Assembly: GCA_016930275.1 (NCBI GenBank)
Contig: JAFGHA010000127.1
Coordinates: forward strand, 500 to 64,499
Source of the DNA: Chitinispirillaceae bacterium
Lineage (GTDB): Bacteria; Fibrobacterota; Chitinivibrionia; Chitinivibrionales; Chitinispirillaceae
DNA length: 64,000 bases
Direction: 5' to 3'
Positions 38,958-47,932 of the stretch are shown here, piece by piece (position 1 is the stretch's first letter; each line of letters begins with the position of its first letter). The notes beneath the pieces are model-generated. The model searched no databases. It was not told the DNA's origin and was given only the letters and a program-made list of their open reading frames with translations. Position numbers and translations under genes: made by a program.

Positions 38958-39170
38958 ATGAATGCGGATATAATAAAACAACTGATCGTCTTTAAACTTG
39001 ACATGTCCGACCGTGTTATCGGAATGCTCCCCGAACGCCACCGCAAACAGGCGGCAGCGATCCGACGGATGCTACTCCCCTCGGTAAAGGAAGCAACCGA
39101 ACAGTTCCTTCGGGAGCAACCAGAAGAGAAAGAATCCGGTAAGGAGTGTTCCGCGATCCCGATCGATTGA
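38958..39170 (+). CDS. Small hypothetical protein (70 aa) apparently translationally coupled to the ArsA-like gene
   Basis: ATG 2 nt after the ArsA-like stop, with GGAGGG 8 nt upstream. Helical, charged. No family recognised. Confidence 0.5.
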   Translation: MNADIIKQLIVFKLDMSDRVIGMLPERHRKQAAAIRRMLLPSVKEATEQFLREQPEEKESGKECSAIPID

Positions 39171-39364
39171 AAAACAGCTTCGCCGTATCTGCTCATCGCC
39201 AGAAAACTATATATTAACTGTCTCAAAATAGAAGGCATATCGTCACCCCGGCAATAGCCGGGATCCAACGGAGAGATGTCATAACGCACTTGTCTCAACC
39301 AGTAGAATACAATTCCCGCTCCCGATAGTATTTTTCCTTTTTCTTTAACAAAAAGAAAAAGCAC

Positions 39365-39844
39365 ATGAATCATATTCCTATACATTTTCACTCCGCAGCC
39401 GCATTTGTTTCAGATATCGGACGATCCAAGGCTTTTTATACCGGGCTGCTCGGTCAGGAGATCGAACTGGATTTCGGAAAAAACGTCATCCTCAAATGCG
39501 GCCTTACCCTCTGGGAAATACAGCCAGCACATATCATCACCCACACCCTCGGAAGTGAGCAGCTCACAGAGGGAAACCGTTTTGAATTTTACTTTGAAAC
39601 ACCGGACATCGACGAGGTGTATCGACGATTACTCGCAGCAGAGGTCACATTTCTTCATCCGGTGCATGAGGAACCGTGGGGTCAGAGAACCATCCGGCTT
39701 TTCGATCCCGACCGGCACCTTATTGAAATCGGTGAACCCCTGAAAATATTCATCGGGAGACTGCTGTCGGAAGGAATGACTCCCGAAGCGATAACCGAAA
39801 AAACCGGATTACCTCTCGAAATGGTACACGAACTGAACATATAA
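39365..39844 (+). CDS. VOC family protein (glyoxalase/bleomycin-resistance/dioxygenase fold)
   Basis: FVSDIGRSKAFYTGLLGQEI ... HEEPWGQRTIRLFDPDRHLIEIGE are typical VOC blocks. Confidence 0.85.
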   Translation: MNHIPIHFHSAAAFVSDIGRSKAFYTGLLGQEIELDFGKNVILKCGLTLWEIQPAHIITHTLGSEQLTEGNRFEFYFETPDIDEVYRRLLAAEVTFLHPVHEEPWGQRTIRLFDPDRHLIEIGEPLKIFIGRLLSEGMTPEAITEKTGLPLEMVHELNI

Positions 39845-40117
39845 CCGGGAATGCTCTTTTCGCTGACGGAACCCTATCAAGTAGTGAATATATTTAATCA
39901 TTATTTAAGCTCAAATCTTCGGGAATGAGTAGCTGCAGAAAAAAACAGAAGAAATTATCCGGCTTTTATTATATATCTTGAGTGAAAACAATTCATTTTT
40001 TTAGATCCGTATAAATGACAGGTATACTGAATCTGTCATCATATTCGTGTTTTGCGCTTCAAAGATGGAAAGTATCCACCGGCTTTAAACCCATCAGCAT
40101 GCAGTGACTTTGCAAAA

Positions 40118-41017
40118 ATGATCAACCAACAAAGAACCGCCGCTACAGCCACAAAAAATATCCACGTCCAACAGGAACTCCTTCTGGCAAACGAATTATT
40201 CATTCAAGATATTGAAATAGTAAAACAAAGCAGGAAGAAATTTTCATCAATTCTATCGATTGCAGCCATGCTGCTGGTTCCGGTAATCAGTACGGTTTTA
40301 GTTATTCGATATATTTCAAATAGTTACTCTCATTCAAAACCAGCCGAAACAACTTCCAGCCAGCCCGTACAATCTTCCGTCAACAACACTGACGACACTC
40401 GACATCCGGATACGACGCTTTCCGCAACTGGAGAAAATGCCCGGATAGCTTCACTCACCGGGAAAAAAGCACTATCAAACATTCCAAAATCAGGGTCCTC
40501 CTATAGAACCTCCACGTCTGTCAGAAAAAGTACACGATCCGATTTCGCCCCCTCTTCCTCTGAACCCACATCCCTATATCGCTCGGAACCGTATATACCG
40601 CATACACCCCGAACACCGTCCTCCTCTCAGGATATAGAAGCATCTGACGGGATACAATCTATTCCGGAAACGTCAACCGACAACAGAACGTACGTATCTT
40701 CCTCTGAAGGGTTGAACGACATCGACCGTTCTGTTTTTTATCGCCCCGCCAACAGTAAAACATCCGGAACCTTAGTTTCCGCAAATGACAGAAGTCCGCA
40801 AATAGCACGTCTTGCACGGCAATACAAGGGTCGACTGGCCAGTACCCTCGAGCATAATGGCGATTACTACAAGTTGAAACTGATTATTCCGGAAAAAAAA
40901 CTGACACTGTTTAAAAAAGATCTTGCAAAAATTGTTGAATATGCATCGTATACCGATGTGCCGGAAGAATCCATAGCCGACCTCAGATGTATAATTCTTG
41001 AAACACATTTCAGGTAG
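40118..41017 (+). CDS. Membrane-anchored Ser/Thr/Pro-rich protein whose C-terminal domain resembles that of the adjacent anti-sigma factor
   Basis: One TM (ILSIAAMLLVPVISTVLVI) and a long S/T/P linker. The C-terminal ~65 aa is collinear with the anti-sigma C-terminus (Y[RK]G...L.[IL].[LI]P..KL..F...L....PE....[IV].LE). Confidence 0.55.
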   Translation: MINQQRTAATATKNIHVQQELLLANELFIQDIEIVKQSRKKFSSILSIAAMLLVPVISTVLVIRYISNSYSHSKPAETTSSQPVQSSVNNTDDTRHPDTTLSATGENARIASLTGKKALSNIPKSGSSYRTSTSVRKSTRSDFAPSSSEPTSLYRSEPYIPHTPRTPSSSQDIEASDGIQSIPETSTDNRTYVSSSEGLNDIDRSVFYRPANSKTSGTLVSANDRSPQIARLARQYKGRLASTLEHNGDYYKLKLIIPEKKLTLFKKDLAKIVEYASYTDVPEESIADLRCIILETHFR

Positions 41018-41069
41018 TTCTCCGGCACTAATGATGTAACGACATTTATTTTTTCCAATTATTTTTAAC

Positions 41070-41096
41070 GGAACATTTCTGCTTCCAGCGTGTCTA
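41070..41096 (+). promoter_or_regulatory. Candidate ECF-type (autoregulated) promoter
   Basis: GGAAC (41070-41074), about 16-17 nt, then CGTGTCTA (41089-41096). It lies 23 nt upstream of the sigma-factor GTG. Resembles the GGAAC-N16/17-GTCT class of ECF promoters. Confidence 0.3.
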
Positions 41097-41118
41097 TATC
41101 AAAGGATGGCAAAACCAG

Positions 41119-41721
41119 GTGACTCCGGCTTCAGTACATGATAATGATCAGAAACTGGTTGAACTCTGCAGAGCCGGTGACCGGATAGCTTTTGACCGTC
41201 TGGTGGTAAAATATCAGCACCTTGTTGTCGGCATGTGCATCCGGCTTACCGGATCGCGTGCGGATGGTGAAGATACGGCACAGGAGTGTTTCGTGAAAGT
41301 ATACCGGCATATCAACCGTTTTTCCGGAGAGAGCACGTTCTCGACATGGCTCTATCGTATTGTCATAAATACCTGCCGGAACCGTCACCGATCCTGGTGG
41401 AACCGGCTCTCCCGACAATCGGTAACCTTAAACACCGGTACCGACTCGGATGGCACCGGCGAGGAACCGACACTGGAACTTAGTGATACCCGGTTTACTC
41501 CAGTAAAGGATCTTGAACATAAAAGACTTGGTATGGCGATCGAACAGGCAATAGGCGAACTTCCACGTGAGCAGAAGGAACTGGTGCTTCTGCGTGACCT
41601 GCAGGGCCTTTCGTACGAAGAGATCGAACGGATTACCGGACTTGCCGAAGGTACAGTCAAATCCCGTCTGTTCAGGGCCAGAAACATTCTGCAACAGAAA
41701 CTCAAAGGAATTGTACAATGA
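41119..41721 (+). CDS. ECF (sigma-70 family group 4) RNA polymerase sigma factor
   Basis: Region 2 AFDRLVVKYQHLVVGMCIRLTG...DTAQECFVKVYRHINRF..STFSTWLYRIVINTCRN. Region 4 LPREQKELVLLRDLQGLSYEEIERITGLAEGTVKSRLFRAR. Confidence 0.92.
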   Translation: MTPASVHDNDQKLVELCRAGDRIAFDRLVVKYQHLVVGMCIRLTGSRADGEDTAQECFVKVYRHINRFSGESTFSTWLYRIVINTCRNRHRSWWNRLSRQSVTLNTGTDSDGTGEEPTLELSDTRFTPVKDLEHKRLGMAIEQAIGELPREQKELVLLRDLQGLSYEEIERITGLAEGTVKSRLFRARNILQQKLKGIVQ

Positions 41722-42905
41722 CCGACCATGAAATGCAGCTGCTACTGCCCGATTATCTGGCCGGTCGCCTTGACCCGGATCTCAGCCGTCAGATAGAACA
41801 ACGATGTGCCGCATCTATGGAAATGAGCAACGCTCTGGATGCGGCTCGACGATACACCGATGCGCTCGGCGCGGTTGAAGAAATCCGTGCCCCTGACGAT
41901 TTTCTTGACAAGGTGCACCAGCGTATCGAAGAACCCTCCGGTATGTTACATCGTCTGTTCACCCCGATCCGTCGATGGCTCCCGGTGGAACTCGCCGGTG
42001 TTCTGGTGACCGCACTGCTGGTCCTGTTTCTGTTTAACCCGTTCTCAGGAGAAATTCCGCAACTGCGCACCAGCCGACCGGTACAGGAGTACGAATCCAG
42101 GCAACAGCCGGCACCGGTTTCTCCTGCCACGACGCAGCAGGAACCATTGCGCAGTGACAAGGAACTAACCACCGAGGAGTATACAGCGCAGAAAAAAAGT
42201 AGACAATCGCGCCCCTCCGGACCGAATGAGCAAGTCGCGGCACGCGTCCGTCGGGAAGTGCACACTCCCTTCGCTGCAAAGAGGTCCGAACAGAAAAACA
42301 CCCCTTCCACAGCCGCTCTCGATGCAACAGAGGAAGCCCCCGAATACAAAGGCACCGCAAAGCGGCGCACACAATCGTTCGGCGCGGCGGCAGGGGTCGC
42401 CTCGGGTGCCGCAGGAACAATACCGGATCACCTCAACGAACCGTCGATCGCCGCATCACCCCCGCCAGCTCCTCCCGCTGCCGCACCGGAACGAGTAATG
42501 GCTATTGAAGAAAAAGTGGCTTCCGAAATATCCGAAACCACCGATCGTCCGCAATCCATTATGAAAAGAAAAATGAGTGCTCCGCGACGATCTGCCGCCA
42601 GGGCATACAGCGAGGAACAATCCCTGAAAGCAGAAGCAGCCCCCTTTGCCGACGAAACGGAAGTGAAACCGGAACCCGCCGAACTGCTTCCGATTATCCA
42701 CAAGGCAGTGCAGCGGTATCGGGGCTCGATCGATACGGTTATCACGTCCGAGGCACACATGGTTTCGCTGCAGATCACGCTTCCGTCGGGGAAACTTGAC
42801 GATTTTTATACAAGACTTTCCCGATCGTGTTCAGTGACTATTGTCGATACTCTGCCGGAATCCGGGAAGGGGTTGATTTCGGTGGTACTGGAAGTTTACG
42901 AGTAA
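41718..42905 (+). CDS. Anti-sigma factor (N-terminal anti-sigma domain, one TM, P/A/S-rich linker, C-terminal domain)
   Basis: ATGA overlap with the sigma gene. N-terminus LLLPDYLAGRLDPDLSRQIEQRC. TM VELAGVLVTALLVLFLF. Confidence 0.7.
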   Translation: MTDHEMQLLLPDYLAGRLDPDLSRQIEQRCAASMEMSNALDAARRYTDALGAVEEIRAPDDFLDKVHQRIEEPSGMLHRLFTPIRRWLPVELAGVLVTALLVLFLFNPFSGEIPQLRTSRPVQEYESRQQPAPVSPATTQQEPLRSDKELTTEEYTAQKKSRQSRPSGPNEQVAARVRREVHTPFAAKRSEQKNTPSTAALDATEEAPEYKGTAKRRTQSFGAAAGVASGAAGTIPDHLNEPSIAASPPPAPPAAAPERVMAIEEKVASEISETTDRPQSIMKRKMSAPRRSAARAYSEEQSLKAEAAPFADETEVKPEPAELLPIIHKAVQRYRGSIDTVITSEAHMVSLQITLPSGKLDDFYTRLSRSCSVTIVDTLPESGKGLISVVLEVYE

Positions 42906-42913
42906 GGAGTTTG

Positions 42914-43177
42914 ATGGTGAAACATTTAAAAACATTCGTTGTTTTTATACCTGTTTTTTGCTGTTGCAACACGGCATCAATAAGCAGTGATTGGGCAAGT
43001 GAATGGGAATTTCAAAACATGGAAGATTCAACTTACGCATTCAAAGGATTAGAATTTAACATTGGGAATTCAATGTATAGCACCAGATTGCATGGCGCCA
43101 TTGATACATCCGGAAGGTTAATTGAAGATATGTTAATGCCCGGGTTTAGAGATGAAGTATTAGATGAAAATCCATAA
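42914..43177 (+). CDS. Small hypothetical lipoprotein/secreted protein (87 aa)
   Basis: AAGGAG RBS 5 nt upstream. Signal-like MVKHLKTFVVFIPVFCCC. Sits in an AT-richer segment. Confidence 0.4.
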   Translation: MVKHLKTFVVFIPVFCCCNTASISSDWASEWEFQNMEDSTYAFKGLEFNIGNSMYSTRLHGAIDTSGRLIEDMLMPGFRDEVLDENP

Positions 43178-43510
43178 CTTTGAAGTGAAGGTACTGCCAC
43201 CGGCACACGAATTTATCCGCAGTCTCAATCCGAAAATGCGGCAAAGGTTTACCGGGGAATAGACTTGCTCAATCTTTTTGGCTTCCGGCTTTCAGAGCCT
43301 CACTCGAAAACACTCAATAATGCCGAAGGACTCAAAGAACTTCGAGTAAAAGTAGCAGTCGATATCTGCAGGATTTTTTACTTTCATCACAAGAAAAGAT
43401 TGTATGTCTGCACGTCGGGGTATATCAAAAAGACCGATAAAACAGACAAGCAGGAAATACAGCGGGCATTGCAAATACGAAACGATTTTGTACAGGAGTA
43501 TGACGTATGA
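43164..43510 (+). pseudogene. HigB/Gp49-like (RelE/ParE superfamily) toxin gene interrupted by a -1 frameshift
   Basis: Frame A runs 43164-43262: MKIHNFEVKVLPPAHEFIRSLNPKMRQ..stop. The remainder (KVYRGIDLLNLFGFRLSEPHSKTL..LKELRV...CRIFYFHH..RLYVCTSGYIKKTDKT) is in the -1 frame. Together they match the Gp49-type toxin consensus. The break is at the A-run 43243-43245. Confidence 0.7.
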
Positions 43511-43812
43511 CCATGAAAGTACACGACTACGACGAAATGCTGAAAGAGGAGCTCAAAGACCCGGTGTTCCGCAAGGAATACGAGACGCTCGAAGAGGAGT
43601 TCGAGGTTGCAATGCAAGTAATCGACCTGCGGCTAAAAAAGGGGCTGACGCAGAAGAAGCTTGCCGAAAAAGTGAATACCTCGCAATCGTGCATCGCCCG
43701 GCTTGAATCCGGCACGTACAGGAACCTTAGCTTGTCATTTCTACGTCGGGTCGGTGAAGCGCTCGGCTATCAACCACATGTTAAGTTCGAGAAACTCCGG
43801 GCGGCACACTGA
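43507..43812 (+). CDS. HigA-like XRE-family HTH antitoxin
   Basis: ATGA overlap with the toxin stop. HTH block KKGLTQKKLAEKVNTSQSCIARLESG. Confidence 0.85.
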   Translation: MTMKVHDYDEMLKEELKDPVFRKEYETLEEEFEVAMQVIDLRLKKGLTQKKLAEKVNTSQSCIARLESGTYRNLSLSFLRRVGEALGYQPHVKFEKLRAAH

Positions 43813-44042
43813 AAAACAATGTAAAACTTCGGTTCAAAACCGGGGCCTTTCGAATATTATGCGGCAAGGTCTTTTACTCTTTAAAAGCCTTTTGCTAAGC
43901 GGCACTTCCTCCCTCTCGAACATCACCCGCAAAAAAAAATTAAAAAAATCCGGAACCTTTCTTCTGAAGCGTTGTCGAAAGGGGTGTAGCGTTCACTGTA
44001 CCTGAACGCAAACAGAACAAATCACCTGATGAGGAGGATGTC

Positions 44043-45866
44043 ATGATGAACCGTTACCTGTTTACCGCTGCTGTTACATGTCTGCTGGCCGTCGGATGTT
44101 CCGTACGGAATATCGCCCGCGATACCCGTGTCCAACCCATTGATTCCAATGAAACAGTATCAACCACAGCAGTTAAGCAGCCTGCTGCTCCCACCAAAAA
44201 ACTGCCTCAGACGCCTGCAACACTGCCGCACCAATCCGTTGCCGACAGAGATGCAAGCAGGAGACTCATGGAAGAAAAAGAAGCGGTACCGGAGACCCGT
44301 CGTTGCGAAAAAAAAGCCGCACCACGGCTATCACGGCAGGTTAAGCTCCAGAAAGCGAAAGCGTTGTATGGCAGTGCCTCAGGAATAATGTCGGCACCGT
44401 GCCTGATCACTCCCGCCCCGGCGCTCCCTACGGATTTCAACACCGAGCAGTACAGCCACATCAATGAAAACGGCTTTAAAAAAGTGACGGATGATCCACT
44501 CTCCACGTTTTCCATCGACGTTGATGCCGCATCATACAGTAACGTCCGCCGTTTTCTCAACAGTAATACGCTTCCGCCGGCAGACGCCGTCAGGATCGAA
44601 GAGATGATTAATTACTTTTCGTATGATTACCCGCAGCCGACCGGAGAACATCCCTTTTCAATCACCACCGAAACCGGAAAATGCCCGTGGGACCCTCAGC
44701 ACAGGCTGGTGCATATCGGTCTCCAGGGAAAAAAGATCGCCGACGAATCATTGCCGGCAAGTAATCTCGTGTTTCTGCTCGATGTCTCGGGATCGATGAA
44801 TTCTCCCGACAAATTGCCGCTTCTCAAATCAGCGCTCAAGCTGCTGGTCGGCAACCTCCGGGAACAGGACCATGTGGCGATTACCGTGTATGCCGGAAAT
44901 GCAGGACTTGTGCTTCCGTCAACACGGGGAAACGAAAAACAGACCATCATCGCCGCACTTGACCGGCTGGAAGCCGGTGGATCGACTGCGGGTGGTGCAG
45001 GAATTCAGCTAGCCTATGCAACGGCGGTCGAACATTTCATAAAAGACGGCAACAACCGTGTCATTCTCGCCACCGACGGTGATTTCAATGTCGGTCCGTC
45101 AAGTGATGGCGAACTGGTGCGGATGATTGAAGAGAAACGCAAGGCCGGTATCTTCCTGACAGTACTCGGTTTCGGGACCGGCAATTACAAGGATGCGAAA
45201 ATGGAACAGCTCGCCGACAAGGGAAACGGTAACTTCGCCTACATCGACAACCTGCTCGAGGCGAAAAAAGTACTCGTAACCGAAATGGGCGGAACGCTTC
45301 TGACCATCGCGAAAGACGTGAAAATTCAGATCGAGTTCAATCCGCGGCAGGTGTCCGCCTACCGGCTTGTGGGCTACGAAAACCGCCTGCTCGCCAATCA
45401 GGATTTCAATGACGATAAAAAAGATGCCGGTGAACTCGGCAGCGGGCACACGGTTACCGCACTATACGAAATTGTCCCCGCGGGTGTAAAGAGTGATCTT
45501 CCCTCCGTCGATCCGCTCAAGTACCAGAAGCATTGGGTAAAAACCGACCGTTCGCAGAGAAACGAACTGCTGACGGTAAAATTCCGGTACAAAAAGCCTG
45601 CTGAAGAAAAAAGCCGCCTGATTCAGAAAACCGTCAAAACCACCGGTTCCGATGCCGTTTCCAATAATTTCCGGTTTTCAGCAGCCGTTGCCGGGTTCGG
45701 AATGTTGCTCAGGGGTTCCCGGTACATGGGGAGTTTCAATTACAACCAAGTAATTTCGCTTGCCCGTTCATCCAAAGGAGCTGATCTCAACGGCTACCGG
45801 AGTGAGTGTGTCAATCTGATGGAGAAGGCGCAGCTGTTGTCGGAGGGGTTGAGTGACGGAAGGTAA
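44043..45866 (+). CDS. YfbK-like von Willebrand factor type A lipoprotein (VWA_N2 + vWA + DUF3520-like C-terminal region)
   Basis: Lipobox LLAVGCS. NTEQYSHINENGF..DPLSTFSIDVDAASY (N-terminal domain). MIDAS LVFLLDVSGSMNS. C-terminal FNPRQVSAYRLVGYENR. Confidence 0.88.
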   Translation: MMNRYLFTAAVTCLLAVGCSVRNIARDTRVQPIDSNETVSTTAVKQPAAPTKKLPQTPATLPHQSVADRDASRRLMEEKEAVPETRRCEKKAAPRLSRQVKLQKAKALYGSASGIMSAPCLITPAPALPTDFNTEQYSHINENGFKKVTDDPLSTFSIDVDAASYSNVRRFLNSNTLPPADAVRIEEMINYFSYDYPQPTGEHPFSITTETGKCPWDPQHRLVHIGLQGKKIADESLPASNLVFLLDVSGSMNSPDKLPLLKSALKLLVGNLREQDHVAITVYAGNAGLVLPSTRGNEKQTIIAALDRLEAGGSTAGGAGIQLAYATAVEHFIKDGNNRVILATDGDFNVGPSSDGELVRMIEEKRKAGIFLTVLGFGTGNYKDAKMEQLADKGNGNFAYIDNLLEAKKVLVTEMGGTLLTIAKDVKIQIEFNPRQVSAYRLVGYENRLLANQDFNDDKKDAGELGSGHTVTALYEIVPAGVKSDLPSVDPLKYQKHWVKTDRSQRNELLTVKFRYKKPAEEKSRLIQKTVKTTGSDAVSNNFRFSAAVAGFGMLLRGSRYMGSFNYNQVISLARSSKGADLNGYRSECVNLMEKAQLLSEGLSDGR

Positions 45867-45912
45867 TTATTGATCGTTTCTTCACTGGGGAATAGTATTC
45901 AACAGTCCTGAT

Positions 45913-45945
45913 GCGGTGTACGTGAAAAACGTATACCGCATTTTT
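45913..45945 (+). terminator. Rho-independent terminator after the vWA gene
   Basis: GCGGTGTACG pairs with CGTATACCGC (one G-U pair) around a 7-nt loop, followed by ATTTTT. Confidence 0.7.
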
Positions 45946-46029
45946 CAGTGCCGCTTGCCGAATAAACTCTAAAGAAGTATTATTGAAGTATTCGTTTCAC
46001 AGTACTTCACACGTTTTAAAAGAGGGCCT

Positions 46030-47334
46030 ATGCTGTTTCCCAAAAAAATATTAGCACTTTGCATTGTACTGTTTTCTTTTTCCGCTTTTTCCTCTAATGT
46101 TACAATGCTCTCTCGAAATCCGTTTCTGCTTCCGGTACTTTCCCCCTTTAAAAGTTACGACATTCCTCCTCTGGCCCCGGCAAAAAAACTCGCGGCAACG
46201 AAAGACACCCAGATGATAGCACGGATTGATTACAGTTCATGGGAAAATGATTGCTGGGTACCGACGCAATACACCCTCGTATCCTATAATGAATCCGGTA
46301 TCGCAACTATGGTAAATACATTTTCCATGAATGATTCTCTTGAAAGTCAGACAATAACGACATTGCTGCCCGACGGAAAAACCGTCAGGACAATGTCGAT
46401 AAATACCATCTATTCACTGGTTTACGGAACAGATACAATGATTTCCTTTGCAACCTATTATCCGTCCTGCAACCCCGTGATTCTTATTTCCGACCTGGTC
46501 GAGTATACCGGAGTCTTGCTGACCAGTTTTTCGACAGAATACAATATGCTCTCCAACCTTGATTCCATAATCACCACGATGCTCATTCCGGACTCTGGAA
46601 CCGGTGATTACGACACCATGACAGTATCCCGTGCACGATATTCTAAAACCAGCCAGAACACCTTTTCCGTCAGCATGTTTCTTAACATGAATTACCTTAC
46701 TACATCAAAAATTGAATATCAGCTGGATTATGCGTTTTCATCGACACCGGCCTCCGATACTGCAACAATCAAAATGACTATTGTAAATGCCGATCCTCCC
46801 GAACTTGGAGAAGAGATGAGGTTTATGAACAATATGATGCTGGTACAGAACAAAGATCAGGCTGGTCGGGTCACGGAAGCACTCATGCTTCCTGATACTT
46901 CCGAAACTCTCACAGGAGCAGGTGCCGACAGATATCTGGGTTCGTATTCACAGAATGGCACACTGGAATTCCTAATTTCACAGAAACGGGATACCATTAC
47001 CGGAGAATGGATAAATACCCAAAAAGAAAGCTATACCTACTCCAGCATCTCCCTCGGTACGCGCCCTCGATCCGGTCAATCACCCCGCCACGCCAGTGTC
47101 ACCGCCCGCCTGAAAAACAAAATTCTTTATCTGACCATCGCTCAGGATGTCCGTATCGACAATATCGGAGTATTCAACCTGCAGGGTCGGTGCATCAAAC
47201 AATTCAACGGCAGCGCGCTGGCGAAGGGTTCGACAATAGCATACCCGTTTGAAGAAGTGCATCGCGGTATGACCCTTTTTCATATTTCGACAAACAAGGG
47301 CGATTACACCTTCAGAAGTGCGGATATTAACTGA
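46030..47334 (+). CDS. Hypothetical secreted protein with a T9SS-like C-terminal sorting tail
   Basis: Signal peptide LCIVLFSFSAFS. C-terminus IGVFNLQGRCIKQFNGS...GMTLFHISTNKGDYTF resembles Por-secretion tails. Confidence 0.6.
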   Translation: MLFPKKILALCIVLFSFSAFSSNVTMLSRNPFLLPVLSPFKSYDIPPLAPAKKLAATKDTQMIARIDYSSWENDCWVPTQYTLVSYNESGIATMVNTFSMNDSLESQTITTLLPDGKTVRTMSINTIYSLVYGTDTMISFATYYPSCNPVILISDLVEYTGVLLTSFSTEYNMLSNLDSIITTMLIPDSGTGDYDTMTVSRARYSKTSQNTFSVSMFLNMNYLTTSKIEYQLDYAFSSTPASDTATIKMTIVNADPPELGEEMRFMNNMMLVQNKDQAGRVTEALMLPDTSETLTGAGADRYLGSYSQNGTLEFLISQKRDTITGEWINTQKESYTYSSISLGTRPRSGQSPRHASVTARLKNKILYLTIAQDVRIDNIGVFNLQGRCIKQFNGSALAKGSTIAYPFEEVHRGMTLFHISTNKGDYTFRSADIN

Positions 47335-47357
47335 TAAAGCATCTATCCGCAGGACCT

Positions 47358-47398
47358 AAAAAAAGAGGACGGAATAGTTCATTCCGTCCTCTTTTTTT
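47358..47398. terminator. Bidirectional rho-independent terminator between convergent transcription units
   Basis: A7, then GAGGACGGAAT (47365-47375), loop AGTTC, ATTCCGTCCTC (47381-47391), then T7. Confidence 0.85.
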
Positions 47399-47462
47399 AA
47401 TAATCAATGTAAATCTGTTTTACGCATTGAGCAGTCTTTGCATAAAACTATAATCCCATATT

Positions 47463-47927
<465 letters not shown>

Positions 47928-47932
47928 TTAAA

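Noticed and set aside
41789-42778. Several 88-193-aa minus-strand ORFs and a 90-aa plus-strand ORF inside the anti-sigma gene
   Set aside because: This region is GC-richer and P/A/S-rich and low-complexity, which naturally stays open in several frames. The plus-strand gene is supported by ATGA coupling to the sigma gene and by its N-terminal anti-sigma/TM layout.
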